A DNA stretch of 51,020 nt from a virus. Its lineage: Duplodnaviria > Caudoviricetes. Position 1 is the stretch's first letter. Each line of letters starts with the position of its first letter. Shown in pieces: positions 1 to 9,237 of this stretch. The DNA lies in IMG/VR virus record IMGVR_UViG_3300005286_000507, positions 1 through 51,020 of that record; one strand, given 5' to 3'. The notes below the pieces were generated by a model. It searched no databases. It saw nothing but the letters and a program-made list of their open reading frames with translations, and was not told the DNA's origin. The position numbers and the translations under genes are program-made.

Positions 1-225
1 ATGAAAATAGAGAAAATAATGGATAAAGACGAGTTAATAAACCGCAAAGCCAAGTGCGAAGGAATGGCTGAAGCTTATAAAGGATACAGCTTTTTAGGAT
101 TAGGGGTTCCCTTTATGGAAGAAGAAAAAAAGAAAGAAGCGGAGAGAAGGGAGAAAAATATGGAAAACATTCGTAATGAACGAGAAAAACGATTACATTT
201 TAAGTATCTTCAAACCCGTCAGTAA
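1..225 (+). CDS. Hypothetical protein, probably outside this prophage
   Basis: 74-aa ORF, AT-rich, no recognisable motif. Confidence 0.4.
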   Translation: MKIEKIMDKDELINRKAKCEGMAEAYKGYSFLGLGVPFMEEEKKKEAERREKNMENIRNEREKRLHFKYLQTRQ

Positions 226-343
226 AGAACTATTGATCTCATTTCGAATATTGGTGGACGCGTAGTGGACAATGCAATGTTTGTAATCGAAACAATGTCG
301 CCATTGAGATCGTAAACCGTGACGTATAAGGTTTTATAAACAA

Positions 344-389
344 AAAGTCGACCCCCGTCTCGCGACGGGGGCCTTCATGGGAGAGGAGG
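344..389 (-). other. Candidate attL core: GC-rich hairpin with T-tract on the minus strand preceded by CTCCTCTCCC (3' end of a small RNA?)
   Basis: CCCCCGTC-TCGC-GACGGGGG hairpin next to A-tract, ~140 bp beyond the integrase stop. Confidence 0.4.
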
Positions 390-499
390 GCTACCCTATA
401 TGATACGAACTGTTTAATGATGATATAGAGGTTATAACCCCTTAATTCATGCGAATTTACCGCTTAAATATGATAAAAGATGAAGAACAATGAGGTGTA

Positions 500-529
500 T
501 AACTACCAATTAACTACCATGAAACTACC
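500..529. repeat. AACTACC x3 direct repeats, putative integrase arm-type sites
   Basis: taactacca 500-508, taactacca 511-519, aactacc 523-529 at the integrase 3' end. Confidence 0.5.
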
Positions 530-1937
530 CATTAGATTTTCGCGTGGGAAGCAGGTCCTCAAACACTTCAGCCGCAGCTTCATCGACGGAGGCAAAGATC
601 TTTCCGTAGCGATCCACCATTTTCGTGCTTTTCCATCCTAACCGCTTCGCGATTGCCTTCGAATGAACATTTTTCGCAATCATAATAGATGTGGCGGTGT
701 GACGAATGCCGTGAAACGGTATATATTTCAGGTGTGGGTTTCGTTCGTGAAACGTTGCCCACTTTTTTCCTATTGAAGACGGGTATAGTGGGTTCCCTGT
801 TTTTAAGTTTTGAAAAATATAATAATCATCTTCACTATTGTTGATATCAATCACATTTTCTTTGCCAGCAGCTATTCGCATTAGTTTTTCGATCGTATTG
901 AAATAGTCTATCAGCATTTCAACAATTGATGAACTAAGCGCGAATAATCGAGGTTCGTCATTTTTAGGTCTTTTAATAACCGGTTTCCCATCTTCGAAAG
1001 CAGGTATCGTGTCTAAAACTTCGCAAGTTCCATTCCAGATTTGCTTTTCTGAATTATAGGTAAACACAAATTTATTTCGCTTTAATCCTAATAATTCAGC
1101 CCGCCTCATTCCAGTAGTCAAATCCAGGGTTACAAGCACTTGAAACATCAGTCGTTCAAACGCGTATCGAGGCTGTTTGTATCGGGTTTCGTTATATATA
1201 TCCTTTTCCATAGCCTCAAATAATTGCTCGAGTTCGGCTTCGCTGTAAGCTCCAGGTTTCTTTACGTCATTTTCCTCGGGCTTGTCCACTCCGTCCATAG
1301 GATTATCCTCAAGTTTTTTCCACTTAACCGCTTTGGAAAAAATACTCTTCAGAACGCGATAAATATATACGAGCGTAGCCGACTGAAGAGGTCCCGGTTT
1401 CCCGTCTAGTCGTTTGCCGATCTTGGTTTCAGGATTTCTCAGATCAGTCATGAATTTGACCAAATGAGCAGTAGATATTTCATCAAGAAACATAGCTTCA
1501 AAGTAAGGTACTATTCGAGTTTTGCAATGATATCTATAGTTCTGTCTTGTTTTAAATTCAAGTCCGGACACGTGGTGTTCATCCCAAAAACTTTCGAATT
1601 CAGCGAAAGGGATCCGGCCTGGATTTTTTTTGTGAGTACCGTTTTCGACTTCAATCTTGAACTTCATTAACATCTCGTCGAAATGTTGATCGAGTTTTTT
1701 TGCATGCCTCATGACTGTAACCGGAACATCTTTCTTGTCCAGAAACTTCTTTAAAGCCTTAGTAGCTTTGAGTGATGTTGGATCATATTCCTGTAATTTA
1801 TCGATTGTTTGAAGGAGGACGGGATCTTCGATACGATAGGTTTTTGTCATCGGCGTTCGCATCTTCCCGCGTGCATCGTACCCCATCGGAATGACAAGTC
1901 GCCAAGAAAGTTCGCCTCGCCTCGTAAAATAGGCCAT
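525..1937 (-). CDS. int: Prophage tyrosine integrase
   Basis: TGMRRAEL, FHGIRH, RLGW, terminal Tyr (DRYG); N-terminal arm-binding and SAM-like regions; ATG at 1937 follows a GAGGGG RBS. Confidence 0.95.
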   Translation of the reverse strand: MAYFTRRGELSWRLVIPMGYDARGKMRTPMTKTYRIEDPVLLQTIDKLQEYDPTSLKATKALKKFLDKKDVPVTVMRHAKKLDQHFDEMLMKFKIEVENGTHKKNPGRIPFAEFESFWDEHHVSGLEFKTRQNYRYHCKTRIVPYFEAMFLDEISTAHLVKFMTDLRNPETKIGKRLDGKPGPLQSATLVYIYRVLKSIFSKAVKWKKLEDNPMDGVDKPEENDVKKPGAYSEAELEQLFEAMEKDIYNETRYKQPRYAFERLMFQVLVTLDLTTGMRRAELLGLKRNKFVFTYNSEKQIWNGTCEVLDTIPAFEDGKPVIKRPKNDEPRLFALSSSIVEMLIDYFNTIEKLMRIAAGKENVIDINNSEDDYYIFQNLKTGNPLYPSSIGKKWATFHERNPHLKYIPFHGIRHTATSIMIAKNVHSKAIAKRLGWKSTKMVDRYGKIFASVDEAAAEVFEDLLPTRKSNG

Positions 1938-1953
1938 GTGCAATCCCCCTCAC

Positions 1954-1965
1954 GAATGTATGTTC
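1954..1965. promoter_or_regulatory. LexA (Cheo) box upstream of the integrase
   Basis: GAAC-ATAC-ATTC on the minus strand, 1 mismatch to GAAC-N4-GTTC. Confidence 0.55.
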
Positions 1966-1996
1966 TGGAAGGTCGGGAAAAGAAAAGCCCGGAGGC

Positions 1997-2302
1997 TTAT
2001 TCTTCCTTCTTTTCTTTTAGATCCTGGAGTAACTGGCGAAAAAGGTCGGCCGGCATTGCAAAGTTAGGCGTGTCTGTACGGCCTGTGCGTTGCCTGAAAC
2101 GCGTGAGATCTACGCCTAAGTGTTGACCATCAAATACAATCTCCTCAGGCTCCAGAAGGGCGTTATCGGCATGATCGGCCATTACGCCAAACTTGACCTC
2201 GCTAAAGTATGTCTTTTGCTCATCTGGTAAATGATTTTCGTCCGGGCGGAAGATTGCGATTCGGCGCTGTGGGCCGAGATCTACCTGTATACGAAAACGC
2301 AT
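1997..2302 (-). CDS. Hypothetical phage protein
   Basis: 101 aa, AAGGAGG RBS, co-oriented with int. Confidence 0.75.
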   Translation of the reverse strand: MRFRIQVDLGPQRRIAIFRPDENHLPDEQKTYFSEVKFGVMADHADNALLEPEEIVFDGQHLGVDLTRFRQRTGRTDTPNFAMPADLFRQLLQDLKEKKEE

Positions 2303-2313
2303 ATTTTTCCTCC

Positions 2314-2883
2314 TTAAGTGATTTGTTTGTAGAAATCAGGTATCTTGTTTTTACTCAAAAAGCTTTCTAGTTCATTGTAAAGGTTTTCTTTTCTTTCACT
2401 ATGATCCCCAACTCCTGATAAAACAGCAGAGGCGAAAGAAACGCAATAACCTCGCAAATCAAATACGTTGGTCTGAATGGTCAGAACAACATCAATTATT
2501 TCAGTTCCGCTTGGTGGATTTAATACTTCGAAATCACGAAGTAATAATTCGATTTCGTCTGTAATTCTCAGTTCATCATCTGATTGTACTGTATTTAACA
2601 GTTTGTGGTTCAACTTCTCTAGCTTATTTAGAGATATTGATAATTCCTTGACAAAGGCAATTTCATTTTTAACTTCGCTCAGTTTTGTCCTGACACCTGG
2701 GCTCTCATCAAGTTCCAACGATTTTTCGAATACCTCTACAGCACTGTTAAAATCGCCGGACTTATAATGTTCCCACGCTTGTTTATAAAGTTCATCCGAC
2801 TGTTCTTCCTTAGAAGGACCGCAACCCGAAAGCAATAAGAGTATACTTACTGCAATGATCAAATTTCTCATATTCTTCTCCAT
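2314..2883 (-). CDS. Lipoprotein with TPR-like repeat (possible superinfection exclusion)
   Basis: Signal peptide with lipobox LSGC; TPR-like AWEHYKSGDFNSAVEVFEKSLELD. Confidence 0.75.
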   Translation of the reverse strand: MEKNMRNLIIAVSILLLLSGCGPSKEEQSDELYKQAWEHYKSGDFNSAVEVFEKSLELDESPGVRTKLSEVKNEIAFVKELSISLNKLEKLNHKLLNTVQSDDELRITDEIELLLRDFEVLNPPSGTEIIDVVLTIQTNVFDLRGYCVSFASAVLSGVGDHSERKENLYNELESFLSKNKIPDFYKQIT

Positions 2884-2991
2884 CAGATCCCGATCGGCTC
2901 GGGGATTGGCTCATGTCATATTTTACTTGGTGTAAATCTTGGAATAACAATCTATCATGTTTATAACAACAAGATAAGGCAGCGTGATAGG

Positions 2992-3309
2992 GTGATTGGT
3001 ATTAATATCGAGAATAAGGATTTTGACGAATTTAGGATTATTGATGTAAATTACATAACTCTGACGAGACCGAGCAAGTCAAGAGAGTTGATTCCGATAT
3101 ATCACACTTCAAAAGGTTCATTTGCTCCGTTGTTGACTTTAAGGGATTTATCTAGGGCTTTAATTCCTCATGGATTTAAGCAGTTTGACAAATCTACCCT
3201 TGTCAATCGCAGGAGAATTTTACGAACTATACGGAGCAAAGATGGTCTTAGAATCGTCTTTGTCGATTTTTGCGAAGTGTGGGTATCCGGCAGAAGCCGC
3301 ATAAGATAA
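2992..3309 (+). CDS. Stand-alone LytTR DNA-binding domain protein
   Basis: GFKQFDKSTLVNRRRI resembles the LytTR F-x-R-x-H-R-S-x-L-V-N motif. Confidence 0.65.
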   Translation: MIGINIENKDFDEFRIIDVNYITLTRPSKSRELIPIYHTSKGSFAPLLTLRDLSRALIPHGFKQFDKSTLVNRRRILRTIRSKDGLRIVFVDFCEVWVSGRSRIR

Positions 3310-3466
3310 GAATTTAGTGCGTTTGAACCCCCTCAAGTTGAACGAATATTTCGACAAATTACGACGGCCAAACACAATCACTTCCATCTATAATAAGTTT
3401 AACAGCCACTTTGCTGGAAACAAGTACAATAACTATTGTAGTTTTGCTCAGGTCGGGAGAGATAAT

Positions 3467-3694
3467 TTACTCTCCTAGCCTGTCGTCTTTTTCCCACTCA
3501 TAGAGTTCCTCAGCATGAACTCCGAGTGCAAAAGCGATTGTTGCTGCAGTTGCATAACCCATTTTTGTTCGATTGTTGATGTAGTCGGAAATCTGAGTCT
3601 CGGGCATGTCAACTATATCCGCCAGCCAACGTTGAGTTAATCTTCGCTTTTTTAGAATCTGACGAAGCAGGCAACGACCCGGCAAATACCGCAT
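3467..3694 (-). CDS. XRE-family HTH regulator
   Basis: LTQRWLADIVDMPETQISDYINN HTH. Confidence 0.85.
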   Translation of the reverse strand: MRYLPGRCLLRQILKKRRLTQRWLADIVDMPETQISDYINNRTKMGYATAATIAFALGVHAEELYEWEKDDRLGE

Positions 3695-3730
3695 CGTATA
3701 CCCCTTGGGAACAATATTTTTATTTATGAC

Positions 3731-3759
3731 TTGAACGGGAACAAGCGTTCCTATAAAAT
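3731..3759 (+). promoter_or_regulatory. SigA promoter with a LexA box in the spacer
   Basis: TTGAAC-17 bp-TAAAAT; GAAC-AAGC-GTTC at 3739-3750. Confidence 0.75.
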
Positions 3760-3814
3760 GAGAACACGGCTCACAGTATGTGAATACATTTCATAAAGAC
3801 TGGATGGTGCAAGC

Positions 3815-3952
3815 ATGGACGATCAGAATTCCAATAAGATTAACTCGTTAGTTGAGCAGAATATTCTTGATGATTTATTGATCGTTCTTTCTTCTTGCAG
3901 CGAGAGCGAGATCGAGAGCCTTAAGGAGTATTTCCTTAAACTCGGGGTCTGA
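3815..3952 (+). CDS. 45-aa acidic peptide, antisense-overlapping the CI 3' end
   Basis: MDDQNSNKINSLVEQNILDDLLIVLSSCSESEIESLKEYFLKLGV, GGATGGTG RBS, downstream of the SOS promoter. Confidence 0.45.
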   Translation: MDDQNSNKINSLVEQNILDDLLIVLSSCSESEIESLKEYFLKLGV

Positions 3953-4291
3953 CGTACTTGCATCATACTTATTAGCGACATTCTCAACCTCACGAACCGT
4001 CGACAAAAGGTTACGGTTTATTTTTTCATAGATGACATCATTTATATTTATTGAACTGTCATTGTCATCAACATCTAAATACCCCGCTATCTCCATCAAC
4101 TCCTTATAACCAACACCTAAGTGTGGACTTAACTTTTTTAAAATGTCTGGATTAGGTATCCCTCGCTTTCCATTTTCTATATGAGATAAATATGCGTTTG
4201 AAACACCGGAGTATAGTTCAAGCTGCCTTATTGTCATTTTCTTTGCCTTTCGAAGAGAACGTAAGTACAAACCGAATTCCAATGCATCCAT
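3875..4291 (-). CDS. CI-like repressor (XRE HTH, no S24 peptidase domain)
   Basis: MTIRQLELYSGVSNAYLSHIENGKR; divergent from Cro-like gene. Confidence 0.9.
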   Translation of the reverse strand: MDALEFGLYLRSLRKAKKMTIRQLELYSGVSNAYLSHIENGKRGIPNPDILKKLSPHLGVGYKELMEIAGYLDVDDNDSSININDVIYEKINRNLLSTVREVENVANKYDASTSDPEFKEILLKALDLALAARRKNDQ

Positions 4292-4367
4292 TTGTTATCA
4301 CCCGTTCTTTATTATAAAGAAAAAGTAGCATCTGTAATCAAAACATAATTAAAAATATAAAAATTTC

Positions 4368-4428
4368 GCTTGCAAAAGCTATCAAATCATGATAATCTGA
4401 TAACAGATGAAAGATAGCAAAAGTTATC
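4368..4428 (+). promoter_or_regulatory. Rightward lytic promoter and operators
   Basis: TTGCAA-17-TAATCT with TG extension; operators GCTTGCAAAAGCTATC (4368-4383) and GATAGCAAAAGTTATC (4413-4428); further copy GATAACAAAAGTTATC at 4655-4670. Confidence 0.65.
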
Positions 4429-4447
4429 ATAAGAGGAGGTGTAGTGA

Positions 4448-4687
4448 ATGTTTATCAAATTGAAGGAAGATAGTTTCAAAAGAATTATGCTGATAAAAGG
4501 GTTCACCCAGCGAGGTCTTGCAAAAGCTGCAAAGATTTCTGATACAACTATGAATCATGTGGTAAATGGGCTAAGGAATCCTGGACCAAAAACTGCAAAG
4601 AAACTTTGCTCAGCATTGGAATGTGAGTTTGAAGATATTTTTTTTATAGAAGAAGATAACAAAAGTTATCAAACAAACACTGCATGA
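4448..4687 (+). CDS. Cro-like XRE HTH protein
   Basis: FTQRGLAKAAKISDTTMNHVVNG; strong RBS. Confidence 0.88.
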   Translation: MFIKLKEDSFKRIMLIKGFTQRGLAKAAKISDTTMNHVVNGLRNPGPKTAKKLCSALECEFEDIFFIEEDNKSYQTNTA

Positions 4688-4706
4688 GACGTTATCTCAT
4701 CGAATC

Positions 4707-5501
4707 ATGATTCTGCCTGAAAGGATGATGAACGTGAACAAACCTCAAATGTTCAGCTTCAATAATGCAACAGTACGTATCGTCGATAAGAACGGTCAAC
4801 CATGGTTCGTGCTGAAAGATGTTTGCGACGTGTTGGAAATCGGTAACCCCAGTGACGTAAAGGCAAGGTTAGACAATGGGGTCGTTTCAATCGAGGGCAT
4901 CCCAGATTCACTGGGAAGGACCCAACAGGCAACCATCATCAACGAAGACGGATTGTACGACGTGATCCTCGAAAGCCGCAAACAGGAAGCCCGGGCATTT
5001 CGCAAGTGGGTCACATCGGAAGTTCTTCCGTCCATCAGAAAGACGGGACAGTACAATAGTATTCCGCAAATGACAACTACTGAAATCATCGCCGCCATCG
5101 CAAACCAGGCGGTTGAGCAAGAAAAGCGGGTAAGTGTGTTGGAAGCTCGCATCACCGAGACAACCGAGACGATGGAGGCAATACAAGAAACGTTCCTCCA
5201 GCGTGACGAAGATTGGCGTAAATCAATTAACTCTATGTTAAACGGTGCGGCATTCCGTTTGACCCTCGAACACCGTGATATCAGAAATCGCAGTTATGAA
5301 TTGTTGGACGAGCGAGCGCATAGCGATCTCAAAACTCGGCTTAGAAATATGATCAAACGTTTGGAAAACGTTGGGGCAACTAAGACCCAGATCAAAAACG
5401 CGAACAAATTGGATGTTATCGAAAACGACCCGCACCTGAAAGAAATCTATACGACGATCGTTAAAGAAATCTCGATCGGATCGCTACGAATCGCTAGATA
5501 A
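4707..5501 (+). CDS. BRO-N domain antirepressor
   Basis: PWFVLKDVCDVL, INEDGLYDVILESRKQEARAFRKWVTSEVLPSIRKTG. Confidence 0.92.
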   Translation: MILPERMMNVNKPQMFSFNNATVRIVDKNGQPWFVLKDVCDVLEIGNPSDVKARLDNGVVSIEGIPDSLGRTQQATIINEDGLYDVILESRKQEARAFRKWVTSEVLPSIRKTGQYNSIPQMTTTEIIAAIANQAVEQEKRVSVLEARITETTETMEAIQETFLQRDEDWRKSINSMLNGAAFRLTLEHRDIRNRSYELLDERAHSDLKTRLRNMIKRLENVGATKTQIKNANKLDVIENDPHLKEIYTTIVKEISIGSLRIAR

Positions 5502-5513
5502 GGGGGAACGACA

Positions 5514-5825
5514 ATGACCGGAACTTCTGAAACAAAGGAAATCGTCCAAGTCCTTCGCGAGTTTGTTCAAACGATCCTCCCAAGCATGGTCGATTCCGCC
5601 ATTGAGAAACGAGACAAGGTTCGTCCGGCTACTTTGAACATGGAAGAGGCGGCTGTGTATTTGGGTGTTCACAAGGACACTGTTCGCAAGTTGGTTAGAG
5701 AGAAGAGAATTCCTCATTCAAGGGTTGCGGGTCGGATTCTTCTGAGGACCGTTTCCCTGGACAAGATGATGGACGAACTTGAATTCGAGAGTTTGCAGGT
5801 TCGTTTGAATCAAGATTCTGCGTAG
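5514..5825 (+). CDS. Excisionase-like HTH_17 protein
   Basis: TLNMEEAAVYLGVHKDTVRKLVREKRIPHSRVAGRIL. Confidence 0.85.
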   Translation: MTGTSETKEIVQVLREFVQTILPSMVDSAIEKRDKVRPATLNMEEAAVYLGVHKDTVRKLVREKRIPHSRVAGRILLRTVSLDKMMDELEFESLQVRLNQDSA

Positions 5826-5833
5826 GAGGATCT

Positions 5834-6091
5834 ATGAAACTAACCAAAAAGAAAGCATCATCATTTTACAAATCGCTTCTCGGCCACGCATCCGGAATGG
5901 AATTGGACGATAGCGGAGTTGCTCCAACTTATGAAGTCGCCGTCGGAAAACATCGCTATATGATCTGGATGTACAACGGACGCATCCTGCTTCACATCAT
6001 CCTGAATTGCTCTTCGATCGGTATGTATTACTTCGACCCCGAAACCTTCGAATACGATTATGAATTTACGGAGCGTATTCGCAAGGAGTAA
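5834..6091 (+). CDS. Hypothetical phage protein
   Basis: AGGAGG RBS, operon context. Confidence 0.7.
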   Translation: MKLTKKKASSFYKSLLGHASGMELDDSGVAPTYEVAVGKHRYMIWMYNGRILLHIILNCSSIGMYYFDPETFEYDYEFTERIRKE

Positions 6092-6216
6092 AAAGAAAGC
6101 CCGCCCAGCAGGGCAGGCAGTATCAAGGGTGGGGTTGCTGGGTACATCTCTATCTTAATCCAGTGCAACACAAAACGTTATTCCAATTTGGACTAATTGA
6201 AGGAGTTGATAAGGAG

Positions 6217-6477
6217 TTGAAGGCAATTACTTTCGGGGCAATTATGCAAGCCTGCCGAGAGCGCGTGGGGTTCACTCAGGAATACATGGCGGAATTGATG
6301 GACCGCACCCAATCGTGTATTAGCAAGTTCGAGAAAGGCAAGAAAGTGCCTGACATGCAAACTCTTATGCGATGGGCAGACGTGACGAATGCCAAGGAAG
6401 TCATTGTCGCCTATATGTACGGTATGGATGGTATTGCAATCGCACAAAACATACTGAACCTGAGTGGAGTTGGATAA
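6217..6477 (+). CDS. XRE-family HTH protein
   Basis: FTQEYMAELMDRTQSCISKFEKG; TTG start after AAGGAG. Confidence 0.8.
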   Translation: MKAITFGAIMQACRERVGFTQEYMAELMDRTQSCISKFEKGKKVPDMQTLMRWADVTNAKEVIVAYMYGMDGIAIAQNILNLSGVG

Positions 6478-6655
6478 GATGTTGGTCATTTTAGCAGAAC
6501 TGATGCGCCGGATAGTGGATCTAAAGATGATGCGCGAAACGATCATCGGAAGTAGTCTCGATCCTGACGTATTGGTAGCAGCCCTTTGTTGGGTGGATAT
6601 GGAGATCGCAGAGCACGAACGGTTTTTGGAAGATTCGCTGAAAGAAGCAGCGTGA
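6464..6655 (+). CDS. Hypothetical phage protein
   Basis: Overlaps the upstream ORF; ends KEAA. Confidence 0.55.
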   Translation: MELDKMLVILAELMRRIVDLKMMRETIIGSSLDPDVLVAALCWVDMEIAEHERFLEDSLKEAA

Positions 6656-6878
6656 TCATTGCTGAAGGTGGTGAGCAGGATGGACGAAAGAAACTATTTT
6701 GGTTCGAAATTGTTTCGAGGAATCAGATTTTCAGATGGTTTAACCAATAAGCAACGTCGGAAACGTGATTATAGGAAGTTTATCAGTAAATTGAGATGAA
6801 AAGACCCCTTTGCGAGAGGGGCCTCAAGAAAAAATTTTATACGGATATCTTAACACATTAATAGGAGGTCGACAACGT

Positions 6879-7040
6879 ATGAAAAAACTCAGACTTAAAG
6901 CACTCAAGACCGAAAACTTGGAATTGAAAGCGAGGATCGTTGCGCTTGAGAGGGAGAACACCTTGTTGTCGCTTATCGGAGCGGAGGCTGCAGCGAGAAT
7001 GCAAAATCGTACAGGAGCGAATCGCCGTGTACGGGCCTAA
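6879..7040 (+). CDS. Small coiled-coil hypothetical protein
   Basis: AGGAGG RBS before MKKLRLKAL. Confidence 0.55.
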   Translation: MKKLRLKALKTENLELKARIVALERENTLLSLIGAEAAARMQNRTGANRRVRA

Positions 7041-7254
7041 TGGGCAAGTTGCCGATTCGGACAAGCCTTTGGACTTCGTACAGACTTGTGCAGACCCGTT
7101 TTGTCGATCTCCAATCTACTTCAGTGATCGTTGCATAACGGACAAAGCTGGCAACCATTACTGCTCGGAACGTTGCTTTGTCGGTGACAAAGGCGGCAGC
7201 TACATCAAAGCCGGAACGGAAGAACTAACAATCTAAAATGGAGGCGTGAAATAA

Positions 7255-9237
7255 ATGAAAACATTGAAATTGTTGCGCTTGGCTCTTGATTACTTTAAAG
7301 GTGCGATCAGCTTCGTGCTTGATGCTGAAGGTAAGGAAGTCCGGGTTTACGGCACGAACGAGGCCGGCAAGACAACACTGTTCGATGCGTTCCTGTGGTT
7401 GTTCTTCCATAAAGACAGCCAGAACAAAGCAGACTTCGGCATCAAAACGCTGCAGAACGGCAAGGAAATGCACAACATGGAACACTCTGTAGAGGGATCA
7501 TTCCTTATCGACGGTCGGCGCAGGACGTTCAAGAAAGTCTTCAAGGAAGTGTGGTCCAAGAAACGCGGCTCGGCTTCGACTGAGTTCAGCGGCCACACAA
7601 CGGATTACTTCGTCGATGGCGTCCCGGTCTCGAAAAAAGAATACGACGAAGAGGTCAAATGTATCGTCAGCGAGGACGTATTCAAACTCCTAACCAATCC
7701 ATTTTATTTCCACGAACACATGCATTGGTCTGAGCGCCTTAAGGTACTGCTGCAAGTCTGCGGTGACGTATCGGACGCAGAAGTCATCGCCGGAACGAAA
7801 AGTCTCCAAGGGCTTGAACAGATTCTCGACGGCCGGTCTATTGAGCAGCATCGGAAAATGGTAACTGCTCGTCAATCGAAGATCAATGAAGAGCTCAAGG
7901 ACATTCCGGTCCGTATCAGCGAAGCGAATCGCAGCATGCCGGAGCTCCCTCAGGGCGGAAGAGATTACTTCGCCGGCCGCATTGAATCCCTTCGGGGGCA
8001 AATTTCCGACAAGCAAGAAGAAATCGCCCGGATCCAATCTGGAGGCGAAGTAACGGTCAAACAAAACCGTATTCGTGAAATCGAAGGCGAACTGCTGCAG
8101 CTTAAAAACCAACTGCAAGGTGATGTACTTGAGACAGTTATTGCCCGGCGCAGAACATTGTCACGGATTCAGCAGGTGATTGAGGACATCCGACACGACA
8201 TCGACGTGAAGAAGAGTCGTATCGGTCGCAACGAAAGAACGATTGAGCAGTTGGAGGCGGACCGTAACGATTTGAGGACCCGATACAACATCAGGAATGC
8301 TGAAACATTCAATCCTCACCATGATGATAATTGCGCGGCATGCGGACAAGCATTGCCGGCCGAACGCATCGCTGAGACGCACAGAAGGGCAGAAGAAGCT
8401 TTCAATCTTTCTAAGTCGCGCGACCTTGAGGCAATCCAGACTAAAGGCATTGCGGTCAAAACTGAGTCTGAAAAGCTGCAAGCGGAGAAATCGCAGTTGG
8501 AACGTGAATTGGAACAACTGTATGACCGCCTCGAAGCAGAACACACAGCATTGGAATCTGCTAAAAGAATGCTCGAAGAAGCAGAGTCTCAAGTAACGGA
8601 CGTTGAATCGCATCCCGAATACATCGCCAAGCGTTCCGAAATCGCCGGAATCAAAGCTGAAATTGAATCGCTGCAGCAAAGCACATCGCAAGCGGTGGCG
8701 GAAGTTAGAGGCGAAATCAATGATCTCCAGAACAGCATTAGAGAATTGGAACACGAACGCGCCAAATTCGACCTTGCCGAATCCATCCAGAAGCGTATCG
8801 CCGAACTGGAACAACAAGAGAAGGATTTGGCGTCCGAATACGAACGACTTGCCCACGAACTTTACCTGACGGAAGAGTTCACTAGGGCAAAAACGGCCAT
8901 GATGGAAGACCGTATTAACAGCAAGTTCAAACTGGCACGGTTCAAACTCTACAAGGAGCAGGTAAACGGCGGCTTGGAAGCAACTTGCGTCGCCACGTAC
9001 AAAGGGGTTCCGTTCGACGCTGGGCTTAACAATGCGGCAAGGATAAACGTCGGGCTCGATGTTATTCGGACTCTAAGCAAACACTATAAGATTTCGGTTC
9101 CGATTTTCGTCGACAATGCTGAGTCGGTCGTCGATTTAACTAGAATCGAATCTCAAATGATTTTACTGATAGTATCCGAACGAGACCGTCAACTTCGAGT
9201 TGAGGTGGAATCAATTGACGATGCAAAAGCTTCCTGA
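7255..9237 (+). CDS. SMC/SbcC-like coiled-coil ATPase of the phage recombination module
   Basis: Walker A GTNEAGKTT, zinc-hook CAAC, long coiled coil, Walker B IFVDNAE. Confidence 0.9.
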   Translation: MKTLKLLRLALDYFKGAISFVLDAEGKEVRVYGTNEAGKTTLFDAFLWLFFHKDSQNKADFGIKTLQNGKEMHNMEHSVEGSFLIDGRRRTFKKVFKEVWSKKRGSASTEFSGHTTDYFVDGVPVSKKEYDEEVKCIVSEDVFKLLTNPFYFHEHMHWSERLKVLLQVCGDVSDAEVIAGTKSLQGLEQILDGRSIEQHRKMVTARQSKINEELKDIPVRISEANRSMPELPQGGRDYFAGRIESLRGQISDKQEEIARIQSGGEVTVKQNRIREIEGELLQLKNQLQGDVLETVIARRRTLSRIQQVIEDIRHDIDVKKSRIGRNERTIEQLEADRNDLRTRYNIRNAETFNPHHDDNCAACGQALPAERIAETHRRAEEAFNLSKSRDLEAIQTKGIAVKTESEKLQAEKSQLERELEQLYDRLEAEHTALESAKRMLEEAESQVTDVESHPEYIAKRSEIAGIKAEIESLQQSTSQAVAEVRGEINDLQNSIRELEHERAKFDLAESIQKRIAELEQQEKDLASEYERLAHELYLTEEFTRAKTAMMEDRINSKFKLARFKLYKEQVNGGLEATCVATYKGVPFDAGLNNAARINVGLDVIRTLSKHYKISVPIFVDNAESVVDLTRIESQMILLIVSERDRQLRVEVESIDDAKAS

